Origin: Trichoplax adhaerens
Taxonomy: Eukaryota > Animalia > Placozoa
Length of the DNA stretch: 64,000 nt
Assembly (NCBI RefSeq): GCF_000150275.1
Contig: NW_002060947.1
Location: 5,495,229-5,559,228 of the forward strand
Reading direction: 5' to 3'
The notes beneath the pieces were generated by a model that did no database searches, was not told the origin of the DNA, and worked only from the letters and a program-made list of their open reading frames with translations. A program made the position numbers and the translations under genes. Numbering within the stretch: the stretch's first letter is position 1; every line of letters starts with the position of its first letter. Of this stretch, positions 11,401 to 22,363 are shown piece after piece.

Positions 11401-12393
11401 GACAGTATTAAAATCTGATAAGTTATGATGTAAAAATGTTTGCATATCCAGATTACCTTGATGGAAATAATCAGAGATCCGGGTGGAATAGAATTGTTGA
11501 TGATGACATAATACATGTTTGATACTATCTTTAATTCGTTCAGACATGTTCTCAACAGTTATAATAGAGCGGCATTCTTCTAGCCATTTTTGCAATATAA
11601 TATCGAAACATCTTGAATGAGTAGCTTTTTGAATATAGGCTAAAAAGATGTCACGAAAGCCTAAATAATCTTGGCAACAATATGCTTGAATGGATTCATA
11701 ACCAAAGTAAGCAATTTCTCTCATTGGATTAGTACAATGATTGGAGCGTATCAATGTTGCAAGCATATCTAAAGCAATATAGCAATTTTTAAATTGGGTA
11801 TTACCAGGATGAGATAAAATTTTCAAGTATTCAATGAGAAAGAATGAATCATTGTTTAATAAGAGTAAATCTTGATATTTATGATAGCTACGGCATAAAT
11901 GGATAATAAAATCATTATGAACGTATGATTGGTCCGTCAGTAAATCCTTCATTAAGATCAATTCCATCATGATGCAGTAATAAGGTATGACTGGAGAAAG
12001 ATGGCGTATTGATTTACAAATGTGTCGATTACAATTAGCAATAGCTTGTTGTAATAGTAGGACGATATCATGGCATTGGTACCAATCTAATTGATTATGA
12101 TGTAAGAGATTATCGAGTATAATGAGACGACTACGATGTAATGTTGGATAGACCCACCAATGGGATAATGCGATGCCATTCTTGATTGATGTTACCAACA
12201 TGTTGAGTAAAGTTTTGACGATACTAAGTGGACGATCGACATACACTAAACGTAGATCCCATAGTTGATGTAATAATTGAGTATGTTGTTGATGAAATTG
12301 TTGAAATGAGGATGATGGATTTTGATGGTAGAATTGGACATGATGATTGATTTGTTGCAAAATTTGAGCAACATTTTCATCCTGATTGGCCAT
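8446..12393 (-). CDS. NLR-like STAND NTPase: unrecognised N-terminal domain + NB-ARC + about 13 42-aa TPR repeats (1315 aa, intronless)
   Basis: Uninterrupted ORF. Motifs: INR..LL, Walker A GISGCGKS, IYWFNAE, Walker B YLLIYDNA, IIITT(P), DLPLAI (GLPLA equivalent), YTM(P)NVI (MHD position), then A..YNNIG..L..QG.Y..AL repeats. Confidence 0.92.
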   Translation of the reverse strand: MANQDENVAQILQQINHHVQFYHQNPSSSFQQFHQQHTQLLHQLWDLRLVYVDRPLSIVKTLLNMLVTSIKNGIALSHWWVYPTLHRSRLIILDNLLHHNQLDWYQCHDIVLLLQQAIANCNRHICKSIRHLSPVIPYYCIMMELILMKDLLTDQSYVHNDFIIHLCRSYHKYQDLLLLNNDSFFLIEYLKILSHPGNTQFKNCYIALDMLATLIRSNHCTNPMREIAYFGYESIQAYCCQDYLGFRDIFLAYIQKATHSRCFDIILQKWLEECRSIITVENMSERIKDSIKHVLCHHQQFYSTRISDYFHQGNLDMQTFLHHNLSDFNTVDHPTIKSSCSVTDQLPLLHTITFPIATIIALPSNQPNDLINRHSLLQDITDRFSSNIWKLDKINLVALKGISGCGKSCIALNYARQYQKQYQLIYWFNAETEIAVQNGILKLAYDLYECALCHGYTHTREMMRLQRLLEIYQQASSTYDNILIDTIININRDQYHTNLQVMKKIILATFDILNFHFKYLLIYDNASDHVLLNPYLPTKGQGNIIITTPNVRWPNAMIIPSFDRDMSLQCITQLSGQNDSISANKIADLTTDLPLAIRMTIAYLTVNQLSLKEFIEIYERESCKITVDILYSNHQQHNHNSHTNNATQDNAQIHDQFNPYIATLCNMMLTKITDHQFLINPILQFMMYSSSELLSASLLEDYVNYKSDSPELLHKPIQILLNYAILMEINGDYTMPNVIKQTLQHLFRSKDVLDNSVLKFFNQQMDLDYFDALCWKRWKIIASHIETALLFVRDSKHQANITASLYCKLGKIYFLNGSFNKANSFFKKSLDVYVSYYGGHSLDIASYKGYIGLACYALGKYNDAEDYLKTSLGILKQLDDEHYVDLAAVYNRLSLVHFAAKQFSEAANYCDLATQIVMKHSGEDTIDYAVCCHNLGCLYSEMYDYYSALKMHKKALKIFQLRLKKVSLWTAITHNSIAAILKQYGKYENALKHYDDALDISIKLFGLRSQLVADCYNNIGMILRCQGRYDEALDNHWNALQNQIVTCKEGSLAVVKSYCYIGNTYCALGKHKIATSYFKRAKAITNKLNQRQTEEYAEICGCLGNINGMQGKYNQAVNHYQAALNIYKTNCGENSLKTAASYSGLGMIFCCQRKFDDAIDHLNKSLDIKIRLVGEDSLEASMGNTNLGYVSICQLNFQQARQYLEKSLEIILKIRGQCSLDTTIVYDNLALFFKAQNKYDDAIQYYQKSAKTRKRLFGLYHVTIARNYYDLGRLYKQSGDRLKASECFKAALEVCSQCIGTGQYLGKKIAKALTF

Positions 12394-12614
12394 GTTGGTC
12401 GTTGAACATTTTTTGTTGAATGTGGTTGATTATTACTGTTGTTGTTGTTGTAATTTTTTCTAGGTCTGTTTTTCCAATCGAATTGTTGTAATAATCAAGT
12501 ATTGAATAAAAAGAGTAATTTTTCCAACTTTCAATTGTCACTGCCACTTGCCGATTTGCACAATCTATTGGCAAGTTGAATAGACGATGGTCAAGGTAAA
12601 AGGTTATGTTGTCT

Positions 12615-12619
12615 TTCTT

Positions 12620-12655
<36 letters not shown>
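12615..12655. repeat. (CT)n/(GA)n microsatellite upstream of the NB-ARC-TPR gene
   Basis: TTCTTTCTTTCTCTCTCTCTCTCTCTCTCTCTCTCT. Confidence 0.9.
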
Positions 12656-13613
12656 ATCCACTCACATACACACTTTGTCACTCAGTCTACTCTCCGCGAC
12701 AAGATTAATTAACGCCAAGGTAAATACTTACGGTAAATACGATTCTGTTCGTCGTCGTTGACGTCGACAACAGCCAAATATTGTTGGCTTTCAACTCATG
12801 CGACAGAAAGCTTCTATTCTTGATTGAACTGGAATGACTTTGCCCTCAAGCGAAACTCATGCCTACCATCACTCTTCAATCCTTCACTAACCAATACAAC
12901 AACAACTTTAGATCATCAATTGAGTTATTTTGACGGGATATTTCTTACTGATCTTGCCTTAACTATTCCTATCCAACGCCATAGTTTGCTCTGATGTTGA
13001 CACACTGTCCGCTGGCAAGAGAAAGAAAAATCAGACTTGATTGTTTCAAAGCGCTTCTTAATTGGTGATTACCAAGTAATTTGCTGCTTGCCAGTGTATG
13101 CCTAGTACAACGCACCATTGTAACAAGCACAGTAGCAATGGCTAGCCAAAACGCCAGCCATTAATACAATGTTCAACCCTCTACTAGTCTCAATCCTATC
13201 TTGTTGTCTCTGTTTTGCGCATCTTTCTAACACGACTCTTGTTTGCCAAATGGCATCTTCTTTTGTGGTAGCAAGTTCATTTTGCGCAAGCGTAGTCCAT
13301 CGTCGGTATGGTTCAATACGTCCATCTATTCTTTTCACAACAAAAGAGTTTATTAGCGTAGCGATCACATGTCTCGGTGTGTAAAGTAGATGAGGATGTA
13401 TGGACAGGTGGACTGGGGGAGCCCCAGCACCCAAGTCGAGTTGAAAATGAAATATGGCGATCAAAGCATCGGATTGAGCAGCAATTGCAATGCGATGGTC
13501 AAGGCCTTGCACAACCAAAGTTCCATAGTACTTCACGATTGCTTGGTGTACTCTCGTGTAGTCCATCTTTTAGTATGCAATCTGTTTTTCTTTGTATTTT
13601 GTACCCCCTTGAT

Positions 13614-15070
13614 GCAACCCCACTCCAATCAAGCACGACAATGGATTGATTGCTTGCTATCATAGGTATTGTCCTACAGTAAAGAGAGACGAGACATGAA
13701 GTAGCCGGGGAAAGCTAGCCTTCTTATTTTCCAATCACTTTACTCTTTCTTGCAAGTAAACCCGATCCAATGCTAGCCAAAGTGGCCCACTCATGTACTT
13801 CTAGTAGGTTATTAGTCCACTCCAATCAAGCACGACAATGGATTGATTACTTGTTATCATAGGCATTGTCCTACAGTAAAGAGAGAGGAGACATGAAGTA
13901 GCCGGGGAAAGCTAGCCTTCTTATTTTCCAATCACTTTACTCTTTCTTGCAAGTAAACCCGATCCAATGCTAGCCAAAGTGGCCCACTCATGTACTTCTA
14001 GTAGGTTATTAGTCCACTCCAATCAAGCACGACAATGGATTGATTACTTGTTATCATAGGCATTGTCCTACAGTAAAGAGAGAGGAGACATGAAGTAGCC
14101 GGGGAAAGCTAGCCTTCTTATTTTCCAATCACTTTACTCTTTCTTGCAAGTAAACCCGATCCAATGCTAGCCAAAGTGGCCCACTCATGTACTTCTAGTA
14201 GGTTATTAGTCCACTCCAATCAAGCACGACAATGGATTGATTACTTGTTATCATAGGCATTGTCCTACAGTAAAGAGAGAGGAGACATGAAGTAGCCGGG
14301 GAAAGCTAGCCTTCTTATTTTCCAATCACTTTACTCTTTCTTGCAAGTAAACCCGATCCAATGCTAGCCAAAGTGGCCCACTCATGTACTTCTAGTAGGT
14401 TATTAGTCCACTCCAATCAAGCACGACAATGGATTGATTACTTGTTATCATAGGCATTGTCCTACAGTAAAGAGAGAGGAGACATGAAGTAGCCGTGGAG
14501 AGCTAACCTTCTTATTTTCCAATCACTTTACTCTTTCTTGCAAGTAAACTCAATCCAATACTAGCCAAAGTGGCTCACTCATGTAATTCCAGTATGTTTT
14601 TAGTGTAGCGATCGTCTATCCTCGACTACAGTACATACACAATTCGGTGTCAAAATGAAATACCTGAGTCAAGAGAGAGGAGACATGAAGTAGCCGTGGA
14701 GAGCTAACCTTCTTATTTTCCAATCACTTTACTCTTTCTTGCAAGTAAACTCAATCCAATACTAGCCAAAGTGGCTCACTCATGTAATTCCAGTAGGTTA
14801 TTAGTGTAGCGATCGTCTATCCTCGACTACAGTACATACACAATTCGGTGTCAAAATGAAATACCTGAGTCAAGAGAGAGGAGACATGAAGTAGCCGTGG
14901 AGAGCTAACCTTCTTATTTTCCAATCACTTTACTCTTTCTTGCAAGTAAACCCAATCCAATGCTAGCCAAAGCGGCTCACTCATGTACTTCCAGTAGGTT
15001 ATTAATGTAGCGATTGTCTATCCTCGAGTACAGTACACGCATAATTCGGCGTCAAAATGAAATACCACAA
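13614..15070. repeat. Two-subtype tandem array: 197-bp A units followed by ~201-bp B units that share a ~130-bp core
   Basis: CACTCCAATCAAGCACGACAATGG at 13621, 13818, 14015, 14212 and 14409 (197-bp period, near-identical). B units AGAGAGAGGAGACATGAAGTAGCCGTGGAG...GCGATCGTCTATCCTCGACTACAGTAC...GTCAAAATGAAATACC lie at ~14471, ~14673 and ~14874. Confidence 0.95.
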
Positions 15071-17588
15071 AAGCATCTTATTCAATTCAACAATTGCAAT
15101 GTTTTTGTAAAGCTCCTCCATAACTAAAGTACGTAGTACTCAACGATACCTTCCTTGATGTGCTCTATCTTCAGTAAAAGCAACCCACTCCAATCAAGAT
15201 AAAGACAGGGACATCAAGTGGCTGTTACGTGCCAAAAAAATGTGCAGACTCCTCCATCATTTTGATCATTCTACTGCTCTCTTTCGTGCCTGCATACCAT
15301 TGGGGGATGACAATCGTGGACAGCCTAGTATTCCATTGTAGATCTACAGTACAGATCAAATCACCAATAAATAAGCGTACTACCCTATTTTCACTACACT
15401 AAACAACCATTTCCTTTTCCTCTCTCTCTTTCTTTCTACTAGTCCCTGATTCAATCAGCAGCAGTGTTGTGCAATGGAGTGAAAAGGCAATCCGAAACCA
15501 ATCCAATTGTTGATTTTCGAACCCGAAATGAGTGCAATCGCTATACAAACACCGTATCATCACAGAAATTCTTAACCCGAATCTCTCCCTTGAGTCAGGT
15601 TTAAATCGAGTTTCGGTTTGACTTTGTACATCCCTGATCACCAGGCAGCTCTTGAATGCATTTAGGGATTGCTGTGGCATCGCCTCTGGAGAGTTGCTTG
15701 CAACAGCTGATCATGAGGATCGGATACCCAATATGGGCCTATCGTCTAATTGAATTGAATTGTGGCGCTGTGCGGTCAACGATCAATAGCTATTTTCCAA
15801 TTTTCATTAATTAATAACCCTTAATAATAAGAGAACGTGGACGAGCTTATTGAATTTACAGTATATTAGTGCCATCATGTACGGTATAGCATATACAGAT
15901 TTTCTAGCCATTTCTAACGTCTAGATTATGGCATCGGTAGATTGGATATCCAATTTCCATCGGCTGCAGTTCAGTGACCCATAGGTAGGGTAGTTGGGGG
16001 TAATCACGCTAAAGGTGTTTGTTATACCATATTTGAATGGCCGGCCAATCCTGAGTATTGTAAGTACATAGGATACGCTATGAAAGTTTGGAACAAAGTA
16101 GAAAACTCTTAATTGACTAGCTGAGACTGTCTATTATACAAAGGCTATATCGTATTAGAAGCCAAGCATATAAAAGCTGTATATCTATGTAGAGATTCCC
16201 AGCTAAGGCTACCATTCCTTCTGGAGGCAACGTATTAATAAGCTGTATTCCTTTATTAACACGAAGATCGCTACGTTAGTACAAAGGGTCGACAAGATAC
16301 AAGTATTATATGTGAATATATTTCAATCTCTATGCGGTATAGGCTCCTAATTTCCCCCCCCCCCACCAGAAAAAATGATATTGGCTTTCAAATAGAATTC
16401 CTAGTAGATTTCAAGCGATATCAAAATATTTAGCAAAGTCACTAGGTGTAACGTTCTTTCAAACTACTATTGAAGTATTTATTTTTTTAATTTAAAGTGA
16501 TGAAAAAGTCGTTAAAGAAATCGCAATGAAACATTTTCTTGCTGATCTTTATTCCATAAAGCAATCTCAGTACATATTTTGCAATATTCTTTATGTTTTA
16601 TATTTGTAAGTTTAGTGAACAGCCCTTAAAAATATCTTGAAGGTAGCACGTTCGGAATCAGGAATAATAATTCATTATAACGATTACTTTTGCAAGATTT
16701 CCATTCTTTACTTTAAAATGCATAGCACTGTACGAGAAAATGTGAAAGTAGAGCATAGCTTTAAGGAATCCTTTGTTGTCTGCTTGATATAAATACGTAG
16801 CCTATGAAAGCAAACACTACACTCACGGTGCCGTACAGTATCCTGAAAAAAAAAAACGACATAAGTAAGTCGCTTTGCCAATATTAAATAGTCTTGCATT
16901 GCTGAATTATTTCCTTTTAAACAAGTTGATTGTACTGGACAATACTGTATAATAATATGCCGTTCGTTAAGGTTATACAGTACGTAAAATTAGAGTAGAA
17001 AATATAACGATAAAATCTTCTTAAATTTACTATAGTGAGCGTTTCATTCGCCATTTAATAGGACTAAGAACATCATAAGTATAGCCAGAAAATTACCTAG
17101 GAAGTTACTCTATTATTAACATAAAATAGATCAAATTACCTCATCCAAAATCGCTATACTACTATCATCTATCTCAAATTGATTCAGAAGCGTAATTGAC
17201 ACTTTTCACGCCTTAGGTAATGCTACACCGTCCAAAAATGTAAAAATACAGAAGTATTATTAGCTTATAAATACTGAGTGTACTATATCGAATGATGAAA
17301 AGGATGAAAGCTTAATGTTGCTACAAGTGTTCAATAGGATAACTAAATATCGTACGGTAGGACATTAGTTTTATGAATGATTTTTCCTTTGCCATGCTGA
17401 AATAAACTCCTAGCATTATACTATATTCATTTCACGGTATGCGAACATTATAATTTACGTTATAAGCACTACTTAGAATCATCATAGCATAATATCTACT
17501 AGCCTAACTTGATGAATGTGTATTTAAAATTCAAAGTAATAGCAACAGCATTATTTATGCTTCACTTATAGAGATTGCTAAAATATAG

Positions 17589-18103
17589 GATCGAAATTAG
17601 CAACGGTGTTTGGGTTTACTCTATTCGGTATAGCAGTGGTTGTTATATCTTTCAATAGCGGCCTAGCAATAGCAATCGCATTTTGCTGTCGAGCAGAGAT
17701 AGCAACAGTAATATTATATAGTATTCCTTATGGATTACTAGGGGAATATCACAAACTTTACTCGGTAAGCAATGTCAAAATTTGCTAAAACAATCTACAT
17801 ACGTAGATTATCTGCAATGGCTATGACTAGCTGAGATTGCAATTCTTTGCTATGATTTACCTCATATTTCCAAAGGAGAACCCGCGATGGAGCCATCGAG
17901 GTTACGGAACAGATTTATCGATACTAAATAACTATCTGTACATCTAAACATTTTTTATATCACTGATATTCAGTTTAATCATGAAAAATTTAGATTCTAT
18001 CAAGTGGGCTATTTTAGCTTCCGGATTTCGCAACATTGCTGCTGGCTTACTTTCAATATTTGTCATAAATGCAAATACTGCTGCACCATCAATAGATAAC
18101 TAG
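17589..18103 (+). pseudogene. SLC45 pseudogene relic (equivalent of exons 3-4 only)
   Basis: Exon 17589-17764 (GSKLATVFGF...YSIPYGLLGEYHKLYS|gt) and exon 17876-18103 (ENPRWSHRGYGTD...) are collinear with the downstream paralogs. An in-frame TAA at 17945-17947 replaces a conserved Gly. Exons 1-2 were not found upstream. Confidence 0.85.
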
Positions 18104-21100
18104 AATAATATAAATGTGAGTTTGTTTTTATATACTAGACATGCATTAAATTTGTAATATGAAAAACTGGACCATTCGCTTTATTGTATTTACAATCCCC
18201 AAGCTCCTGTCAAATCTATGATATTTCTTGTTTAAAAATAAATATGAATTCTGTAGCTTTTAATTGCAATCATCTTATTTATTGGAATGCGACCTCAACT
18301 CAAGTAAGATATTTACGAGGTTTCTAAGTATAACAGGACAGAAATATCGGGGCTTTTAATAAGTTTAATCAACGTAAAACATTCAACGTATCCACTCTTC
18401 AAATAGCCACCAATTAAAGGCAGAGCTGATACCGTTGCTTTACCTGTTAAGATTCACCAGTTATTTTAAATTTGATGATTTAAAACTTCATTTATATTGC
18501 AAAGAGTTTAACTGCGTCGCTAAGACAAATTAAATGATGTATACTTGTACAATATGCAGCATGGTGTACTTAAAGTTAAAGTAAAGCATCAGTTATAAAA
18601 TTCGATGTGAGGTAATGAATCTGATGTACATAAATTATATGATTCATCATTATCCTTAAAACTATTAATAACTGGTTCTTGAATATCTTTGTATAAGAAT
18701 TTCGAAACTGTTTATTCGCTATTTGATTGATTGGTCAAAAATTACTCTACATCTATCCAAATACTAAAACATGATTTCTACTATTAATACTAACTTATTA
18801 AGATATGTACTAACCTTATTAATATGTAAATCGACTCTCTTACCACGCAGTGGGTCGCCTTAACATCATCTTTACCATTCAGAAATCATCATGTGTATAA
18901 ATTAATATTAAATACGCGTATCATTAATTTAAAGTCGCGGATATTATTTCCTTAAGCGAGGCTTGAAATAGCTTTTAACCCATTCCTTGTCTTCATCATT
19001 AATTTATACTGGTATTTGTCTTACCGTGGCTACAAAAATCTATTACAGATAGCATATCGTAAATTTTGTAATCACAGATCTTAGAAGGCATCCATAGTTC
19101 ACGTCAAATCATATTTCAATCGCAAAACATTATAATTTTCATTTCTTCTTTGCGATATAATTGTGACAGCTAAAAATTTACTGAAAAGAATAGTAGACCA
19201 CTTTTTAAATAGCTTCTACCATATTGTTCGAATATTAAGTTTACTAACTATAAAATCGTACGTATTTTTCAAAAATTGATTGACGTTCTAAGAATTGATC
19301 TACTATATAAATAATAATCATTTAATTTATATACTTAAAAAGAAATTCATATTAAAATTTGACCATTTCATTAGTAAAAGTAGTTAATGTTTAAAACGGT
19401 ACTGTTCAGTTTTTTATCATTGTTGTAGTGCCTGATCTAGGTTAATTATTTAAGTTAGGATAAAATCTTAAATTTATTAGATAAATACCCTCCGCAGAAT
19501 ATAATAAAGCTTCATTATAAATGTCGAGTATCCAATATCATACTGTCTTGTATTGCTAATTATTAATTTTTTTTAATTTAGCTATCTAAATTGAACTATG
19601 GTAATGATTTATTGCACTAATACCATACTAATATCGCTGAACTTTCAACGTTATTAAACGCCTTACTGGTAGATTGCGGAATAATCAAAAACTATATGGT
19701 CGGAAAAAATCAATAAGTCGATTCAACTCTTTATTAAATTTCTTAGTTGAACTAACAATCATTAGTTCAATACAGACTACCTTTGACTTCTATCTTTCAT
19801 ACTAACTTAAAAGAATGCCTTCATAAAATTCTTTTGTATGTTATATATCCACAGCTTGAAATTACATGCATAACTCTTACGTTATACTTTTTATCATTAT
19901 TAATCATTAATCGCTGGCTTTGCAAGTTATACCAAACGATAAAACTCTAAAATAGTGAGAGGTCGAATCTATCCAACAAATAATTAGCTATTACTGTGAT
20001 TCATACTGAAAACATAAGCTGTAATTTGCAAAACACAATGCTGTCGATAGGCCTAATACATGGTCTACTAAAAAAATTTAGTAGTCCACGATTAATGCCA
20101 CTACTTTTCTCTCTATATACTGTATCGTCTTGGTCCATAAAAATGAATTATTTCATAATTTACATTAAATTGAAGCCCTGCCATACAATCGATGAGATTT
20201 TAGACGCATAATTAGCAATTATTCTCATTGCAATCGCAAGCAATCTCGGTATTGTACTGAAAATGGTGCTTGACGCTTTCGACATAATTGGATATCGTGG
20301 ATTTTCTGTAATTAGGACATATTCTATTTTATAAATTATGATCTATCACTTCATAATAATACTAATGACCAGCATATGAAAATTTAATCTTTTGCATATT
20401 ATAATTTTTCCAGGCATTTACAATTATTCGATAACTGTCTGTTCATGCCAATTCCATTTGCTACGCCATCTCACTAATTGATCCTATAAAAGTGCAGCTC
20501 TCTGGCAATTTATAAATTAGTACTATTTCCCTAAAATCATCCGGGCATTAATCTCTAATTTCACAATAAATCGAAGAGACTAGACTTATTTTTTTGTAGG
20601 CTTGTGTTGATCATGTGATATAAAACTACTACATAATTCGTATTTATGCAAAAATCAATTACTCTTTGCATGTAAATGAACGCAATTGTTTATTTTGATA
20701 ATGGCACTAGTCCAGTAAATCTTAGTATAATCGTCAAACAAGTATAACAAGCTCCATAGGATATTGGTGATGCTATAAACAGCAGTAATTTGTTGAATTA
20801 TGTTTTAAACGTCGTTTACCATTTGTGGCAAAATAAACAAAAATCGAAAGGCTGACATCATAAAATAGCCAACTTGATTGTTAATAATTGTTTAGTAGAC
20901 CAATAAAACCTTGCTTTTATCGCCATATTTAATTATTAAGGCCACTTGAAAAGTCGCCTATATTAAATTTATAGGTAAATTCTCAACATATGAGACCCAT
21001 TTCATTTATGTCACTATAACCTATTTGATCAATTGTAAGTATTTTGATAAATTTAATATGTGAATAAAAACTGTCGATCGAAAAGTGTAAAAGTGGCATT

Positions 21101-22363
21101 ATTTTATGCCTGATGTTTAATAAATATAATAAATTTTTTAGATGAAATTAGCGCTCCTACCCATTATAACGTTAATGGTGTAGATTCTTATCCCATCAAG
21201 TAAGGTGCTAATAAAAGACATTGAAAAGAAACGCATTTTTAATACCGGTTCTAGTAAGAAGACCATTAGTAACTTTGAGCTATAAGTATTAGAAAAATTT
21301 TCCCCTAAGTATATCTTATCAGACATTGCCACCATTTTGATGCTATAAATTATTCCTGCACATCCAAAATAGATATTTGACACCGTTAGCTTAATGTTAC
21401 AATCTGAAAATTATGTTAGTTTATTCATTGTAGCGTGTAGAGCATTATGTTTTAACGCTTCATAGATTCGCTATTAGCTGTAAAATAAAGGATAGAATGG
21501 TCCTAACACTAATTACCTAAATACTTCATCGCCTTTTTCTGTCATTCCAGCAAACCATTTCAATTCGAAATTTTTATTTCACGTATTCCTTTGCCGATAT
21601 AAACTATTTATTAAAATCTTCTTTAATGTACAGTATACCTGATGGGCTTTCTAATACATAGCACATAAATTGGTTCACACTCTTAAAACGAAACTAGTTT
21701 TTTCTATCTTAATTAGATATCATTAATGCTATTATATCTCTTGAACTAGCTGTTGGCTAATTCGTATGTGTGCCAATATGAAGCAAACATCAGATAAAAT
21801 TACTTGAAAAATCATGTTTTTAGCAATCTTTTAACTATGTCCAAGCGTACTCGTGATAAATTTAAACTACATTTAGCTAGACTAACCACAAATACAACAT
21901 AGAATATTTTACAGTAGCATTTGCATTCATTGTACCCGTTGTCTTGTCTAATTCGTTTAGTTTTACCCTTAAAACTGCAGTAATATGGCATTCGAGTATT
22001 ATCTCGATCGAGTTGGGATAATCTAGCCAAGTATCAATCTTATTATGCGCTATCATTACAATTGGCAATGTAAAATCTGCACCATATTCAGTGAGTAAAA
22101 TTAATTATCAAAGAAGCACTTTATGAAGTGCTAACGATTTCGTAGTCACTGCATCGCTTAGAGAATAACACGGTACCAGTATCATTTTGCAATATTCTAA
22201 GGATCTTAAAAGTGTTTACAAGCTAATTTTATACTACGAAACTTTTATTAAAGTAATGTATGAAATAAGTATTTTGTAGCGTCATTTTAAAAATTGTTAC
22301 CTTTAATAGTGCCATTATAATCTCTATTATACCTAAACAGATTTGACCTACAAAGTTATAAGA

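Noticed and set aside
12377-13665. ORFs of 71-154 aa upstream of the NLR gene
   Set aside because: No recognisable motifs or splice structure; they overlap a GA microsatellite and degenerate satellite sequence
13621-15070. Possible CRISPR-like array
   Set aside because: Units are ~200 bp with identical spacers, the context is eukaryotic, and there are no cas genes
21812-22068. Minus-strand short ORFs faintly reminiscent of a ligand-gated channel strand
   Set aside because: Similarity is too weak, with no signature Trp/Cys motifs or exon structure
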